A stretch of DNA of 64,000 nt from Candidatus Poribacteria bacterium (lineage in GTDB: Bacteria > Poribacteria > WGA-4E > WGA-3G), in assembly GCA_965198235.1 (NCBI GenBank), contig OZ240248.1, positions 3,936,001 to 4,000,000 on the forward strand, written 5' to 3'. Both the position numbers and the translations under genes were made by a program. A model generated the notes under the pieces. That model was given only the letters and a program-made list of their open reading frames with translations. It was not told where the DNA came from and made no database searches. The stretch's first letter is position 1, and every line of letters starts with the position of its first letter. Of the stretch, positions 60,042-64,000 are shown piece after piece.

Positions 60042-61133
60042 ATGCAATTATCCGCACAGATTTCACAATTTCACGGTGTAGGTATACCATTTGAGGTCCG
60101 CGAGATGCCTGTGGCTGCCACCCCAGATGCCATTCTGGTCCGCGTTTCACTCGCAACGATCTGTGGCTCCGACCTTCATACGGTATCAGGTCGCCGCGGC
60201 GCAGAGATTCCATGTGTGCTTGGACATGAAGTCGTTGGTACTGTTACGGCACCGACACCTCTTCGTTCAGCAACAGGAAAAATGCTGCGTGAAGGTGATC
60301 GAATTACGTGGAGTCTCACGACTTCCTGTGGAACATGTGACTATTGTGTGAATCGGAACCTCCCACAGAAATGCGAGACGATGTTCAAATACGGTCACGC
60401 GCGAAGTGAAGGTGCCGACGCTTTTTCAGGTGGGTTCGCTACACATATCCTATTACGTCCAGGGACAACCGTCTACCACATCCCTGACGGTATGACAGAC
60501 CAGGAGGCTGTCCCTATCAACTGCGCGCTTACAACCGTAGTAAATGGCTTGACGAACATCGGCACGTATCCCGGTGAGACGGCTGTCGTCCACGGTGCCG
60601 GCATGTTAGGCATCTATGCGGCGTGCTATTTGCGTGAACAAGGATATGAGCGCATCGTCGTTGTGGATACCAATGAAAGTCGATTGAAGGTTGCCAAACG
60701 CTTCGGCGCAACGCATACTTTCAACCCAGATAAGACATCTGTTGTGGAGATTGACGCAGCATTAAAAGAACTGACGGACGGACGGGGTGCCGACCTCGGT
60801 GTAGAAGTCAGCGGTGCGACGATTGGAATCCCTAATCTGATTACATGGTTAGCAATTGGCGGGAGATGTCTGACGCTCGGTTACGTCTATCCAAACGCCC
60901 ATATCTCTGTCGATGCCCACCAACTCGTCACAAAATGTGTGACGCTGCGAGGTGTTCATAACTATCATCATATCGCTCTTGGCGATGCCATTCGCTTCGT
61001 TAAGGAAAACCGGAGCCGTTACCCATTTGCGGAGCTTATCGGAGAAACATATCAATTAACGGAAATTAACACCGCATTTGAACATGCACTACGTCAGGAG
61101 GCACTTCGCGTCGCTATTTCGCCAACTTTATAG
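60042..61133 (+). CDS. Zinc-dependent alcohol dehydrogenase (MDR family)
   Basis: ICGSDLH, LGHE, CGTCDYC..C structural zinc site, GAGMLG; AAGGAG RBS. Confidence 0.9.
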   Translation: MQLSAQISQFHGVGIPFEVREMPVAATPDAILVRVSLATICGSDLHTVSGRRGAEIPCVLGHEVVGTVTAPTPLRSATGKMLREGDRITWSLTTSCGTCDYCVNRNLPQKCETMFKYGHARSEGADAFSGGFATHILLRPGTTVYHIPDGMTDQEAVPINCALTTVVNGLTNIGTYPGETAVVHGAGMLGIYAACYLREQGYERIVVVDTNESRLKVAKRFGATHTFNPDKTSVVEIDAALKELTDGRGADLGVEVSGATIGIPNLITWLAIGGRCLTLGYVYPNAHISVDAHQLVTKCVTLRGVHNYHHIALGDAIRFVKENRSRYPFAELIGETYQLTEINTAFEHALRQEALRVAISPTL

Positions 61134-61173
61134 TGGTCAGCCGTCAGTAAGGATAGCAATCAGGAGCTCGCTC

Positions 61174-63660
61174 CTACAGACGTTCATCAATCCAGCATCT
61201 TGTTCCATCAGTGCGGAGGGTAATTGCGCCTGCTTCGTCGGTTCGCAACATCGGACATCCACGTGCACGATACCGCGCAATCACATCCGCATGTGGAAAT
61301 TGATAGCGATTTCTTTGACCGAGTGAGAAGATCGCATAAAGTGGTTGAACTGCATCTAAAAACTGAGCACTGCTCGATGTGCGACTTCCATGATGCGGCA
61401 CTTTTAGAATTTCTGAACGGAGATCTTGCCCAGACGCGATGAGTCGAAATTCGGCACTCTTGCCGATGTCGCCGGTGAACAGGATGTCTACCTCACCATA
61501 GGTAATCTTCATCACAAGTGAATCGTCGTTCTTATCCTTATCCAGTAGGTTCGTGGAACTGGCATCGATTGGATGCAAGAGATTGAGGGTGGCAGTCGAT
61601 GTGAATTCAATCTTTCCGGCGTATGGAAACGAATACGGGATGTTACGTGCTTTGACAATAGCATGTAATCGTCGATGGGTTTGAGAATCGAGCGGCATAT
61701 CCGATATACCCACTACTTGTCCTACTTTAAAGTTCTGTAAAATATATGCAAGTCCGCCACCGTGGTCAAGGTCTGGGTGCGTCAGGACTACCATATCAAG
61801 TTCCCGAATGCCGTGGAAGTCAAGGTAGGGTTCAATAATCCGTTCGCCTACATCATATTCAACTCGCCTCCGTTTCTGTTTGTCGTAATAACTCCGTTGG
61901 ATGCCACCATCAATCAGTATCGTTCGGTTATCTGGAAATCTGACGATCGCAGCATCTCCCTGACCGACATCAAGCGTAATTACTTCCAACAATCTTCCCT
62001 TCTCGTGGATTGCGGTATCCCAGACCCAGATCACTACAACGGACAGTCCGATGAGGCTTGCGACTTTCCATTGACGATAGACTGCCCGCCAATGTGTAAT
62101 ACCTAAACAGAAGGCGATGTAGAGGACGAACAGACCGAACGTTGGCGGCGTTAACTTGACGACTCCCCATATCTGCCCGAACATGCCGATCAGGATCAGG
62201 AAGATGGAGATAATCGCGTGGTTGAGAACTCCGAGCAACTTCGCGAACGGGAGCCAAATAAAACCGATGCCTACGGATGCCATGCCCACCGCAACGATGA
62301 GCGATACGAGTCCGACTGCGAACGGACCGACGATGATGCCGAGCGGATATGCCCGGAAGAAGTGGTAGCCTATAAGGGGTCCCGTTCCGATTTGCGCCGC
62401 GAACGTCACGAGATAGGAAAGTACCACCCATTTAATTGAGGCGTTCCGAAATTTTCTCAGGACTGAACCTTCGCTTTCCGACGGTGAACCCTCCGCGCTC
62501 TCCCACAGCCGGCGCAACGGCTTCTCCATTTTCGGGACGAAATAGACAATTGAAGCGACGGCGACAAAAGACAACTGAAATCCAATATCCCAAACTTGCA
62601 GTGGGTTCAAAAGGAGCAACACCAACGCCGCAAACGCTAACAGATTGAAGAGATCCGCATCCCGATCAATGAGGGTCGCAAAGAGAAACAGGATTGCCAT
62701 CAGTGAGGCACGAAAGACGGAGGGGCGGAAACCGATGAGGCAGGCGTAAATCAGCACTGCTATAATCGTCAAGAGACAAAGGATCTTCTGCGGGAACCTG
62801 AAGAGCGAGAAACCGAAATAGCAAAACATTGCGACAAGCCCGACGTGCAGACCGGAGACGGCAAGCACATGGAAGGTTCCACTGTTTCGGAAGAGATCCA
62901 ACGTTTCTGTTGGCACATCGTTTCGTTTACCGAGTAAGATACCTTTGAGGAGTTGGGCATGCAACGAGGGTTCAGGAAGCGGCGTTTCGACTTCAGTCTC
63001 CGTATAGATAACGTCAATCAGACGTTCGGTCCGGAGACGGAGTGTCTCTATCCACCGTAAAGGCGGTAATCCACCCTGTTCACCGATTCGCACAAATCCC
63101 TTCGTATCAATTATCCCGACGATCCCTTGCCGAGCAAGGTAGGCTCGGTAATCGAAACCACCGGGATTGCGCTTGGCTTGTGGTTGATGCAGGACACCGG
63201 TCAGCGTTAGATGTTTACCGTAGCGGAGCGGTAGCAATTCTTGAAATCTGATGAGAAATTTCGCCGATACCCGTTGTGCTGAATCTGACAATAACTGGAG
63301 TTCACCGACGGCATAACAGGCATCCCACTCCTCCCCGCGTTCGGGTTGATATACAGTGGTGCCTGAGAAGCTAATCGGCTCGTTGTAAAAGTGGGTTGGA
63401 ATTGGGGAATGGGAAACGGTTTCTAATCGTAGCATGCCGCCAACGAAGATAGATAGATGGAGCAGCGCGTAACAGAGGAACCGCTGACGATTTCTTGTGA
63501 CGATGCTACCGATGAGACAAAGTAGCACAAATATCCAGAGCCACAGAAAAGGAATAGATGTCCATCTGCCTGCGATGATGCCCAATAGATATGGGATAAG
63601 AAAGAAGAGTGCGGGACGCGGTTTGATTTTCATCTGAATTTTATGCAGGGTTTCCCTCAA
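61174..63660 (-). CDS. comEC: DNA internalization competence protein ComEC/Rec2
   Basis: NPGGFDYRAYL, HVLAVSGLHVG, GFQLSF, LDVGQGDA, THPDLDHGGG, LKVPHHGS. Confidence 0.93.
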   Translation of the reverse strand: MRETLHKIQMKIKPRPALFFLIPYLLGIIAGRWTSIPFLWLWIFVLLCLIGSIVTRNRQRFLCYALLHLSIFVGGMLRLETVSHSPIPTHFYNEPISFSGTTVYQPERGEEWDACYAVGELQLLSDSAQRVSAKFLIRFQELLPLRYGKHLTLTGVLHQPQAKRNPGGFDYRAYLARQGIVGIIDTKGFVRIGEQGGLPPLRWIETLRLRTERLIDVIYTETEVETPLPEPSLHAQLLKGILLGKRNDVPTETLDLFRNSGTFHVLAVSGLHVGLVAMFCYFGFSLFRFPQKILCLLTIIAVLIYACLIGFRPSVFRASLMAILFLFATLIDRDADLFNLLAFAALVLLLLNPLQVWDIGFQLSFVAVASIVYFVPKMEKPLRRLWESAEGSPSESEGSVLRKFRNASIKWVVLSYLVTFAAQIGTGPLIGYHFFRAYPLGIIVGPFAVGLVSLIVAVGMASVGIGFIWLPFAKLLGVLNHAIISIFLILIGMFGQIWGVVKLTPPTFGLFVLYIAFCLGITHWRAVYRQWKVASLIGLSVVVIWVWDTAIHEKGRLLEVITLDVGQGDAAIVRFPDNRTILIDGGIQRSYYDKQKRRRVEYDVGERIIEPYLDFHGIRELDMVVLTHPDLDHGGGLAYILQNFKVGQVVGISDMPLDSQTHRRLHAIVKARNIPYSFPYAGKIEFTSTATLNLLHPIDASSTNLLDKDKNDDSLVMKITYGEVDILFTGDIGKSAEFRLIASGQDLRSEILKVPHHGSRTSSSAQFLDAVQPLYAIFSLGQRNRYQFPHADVIARYRARGCPMLRTDEAGAITLRTDGTRCWIDERL

Positions 63661-63706
63661 TGTTCCGCTATTATACCAGTATCTCCGAAAATATTCCGCT
63701 TTTTTT

Positions 63707-63920
63707 GTCAGAATCAGGATTCACAGGATTATGAGTCGGGATTCGGAGATCCCTCCTCAGGGCTATTTAGTTTTCCATTTTTTAGGACATTTTCGGGGCC
63801 ACGGACCCGGTAGGAGCGGTGTTTTTGCTTGGGGTGTTTTTGATAGGGTATTTCTGCGTATTGCTTGGGGTTTTTGATAGGGTGTTTCTGTGGATTTCTG
63901 CGGATTTCTGCGGATTTCCT
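63707..63920. repeat. Intergenic repeat cluster (REP plus short tandem repeats)
   Basis: CGGGATTCGGAGATCCCTCCT (20/21 identical to 34920-34940); GGATTCACAGGATT also near 59977; GGATTTCTGC tandem; GCTTGGG..GTGTTT also near 24340. Confidence 0.55.
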
Positions 63921-64000
63921 CTAAGTAACCGCTCCGGGCATGGAAAAAGAGGTGTTCAAACGCCAAACAATCCGATAATTTCTTAAAACTGAATGACCCT

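Noticed and set aside
63763-63966. 67-aa ORF
   Set aside because: Translation of simple intergenic repeats

Overview
A 64-kb bacterial chromosomal segment, inferred to be from Candidatus Poribacteria. The inference rests on five PhyH-family dioxygenases, LamG proteins ending in a 'V.P.GK..TTW..(I/L)K' tail, a large DUF6785-type membrane protein and many short palindromic repeats; no rRNA is present to confirm it. Housekeeping genes recognised: mqnD, yigZ, acpS, folP, ftsH, argB, comEC. Accessory content: an M6 metalloprotease with a T9SS/FlgD-like tail, a PorV-like barrel, a beta/gamma-crystallin + flotillin pair, a duplicated Omp85-like barrel + DUF4159 module with a PA14 protein, ABC/TolC export genes, a membrane-anchored ECF sigma fused to a beta-propeller, an orphan N4-C methyltransferase, and several remnants with clean internal deletions. 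The most unusual signal is at 39535-39766: a MITE (12-bp TIRs, TTAAA duplication) holds a palindromic repeat interrupted by a 35-bp hairpin unit, which is itself interrupted by two more copies. Each insertion removes 2 nt of target (net +33 nt, frame-preserving), and the stem shows compensatory changes. Other leads are a conserved ECF-type promoter linking the sigma-propeller locus to the PA14/Omp85 operon, a GcvH-like protein without the lipoyl-lysine, a PhyH enzyme with HxH instead of HxD, and a REP translated inside a gene. No rRNA, tRNA, CRISPR array or transposase was recognised. All family calls come from motif recognition by eye, not database searches.
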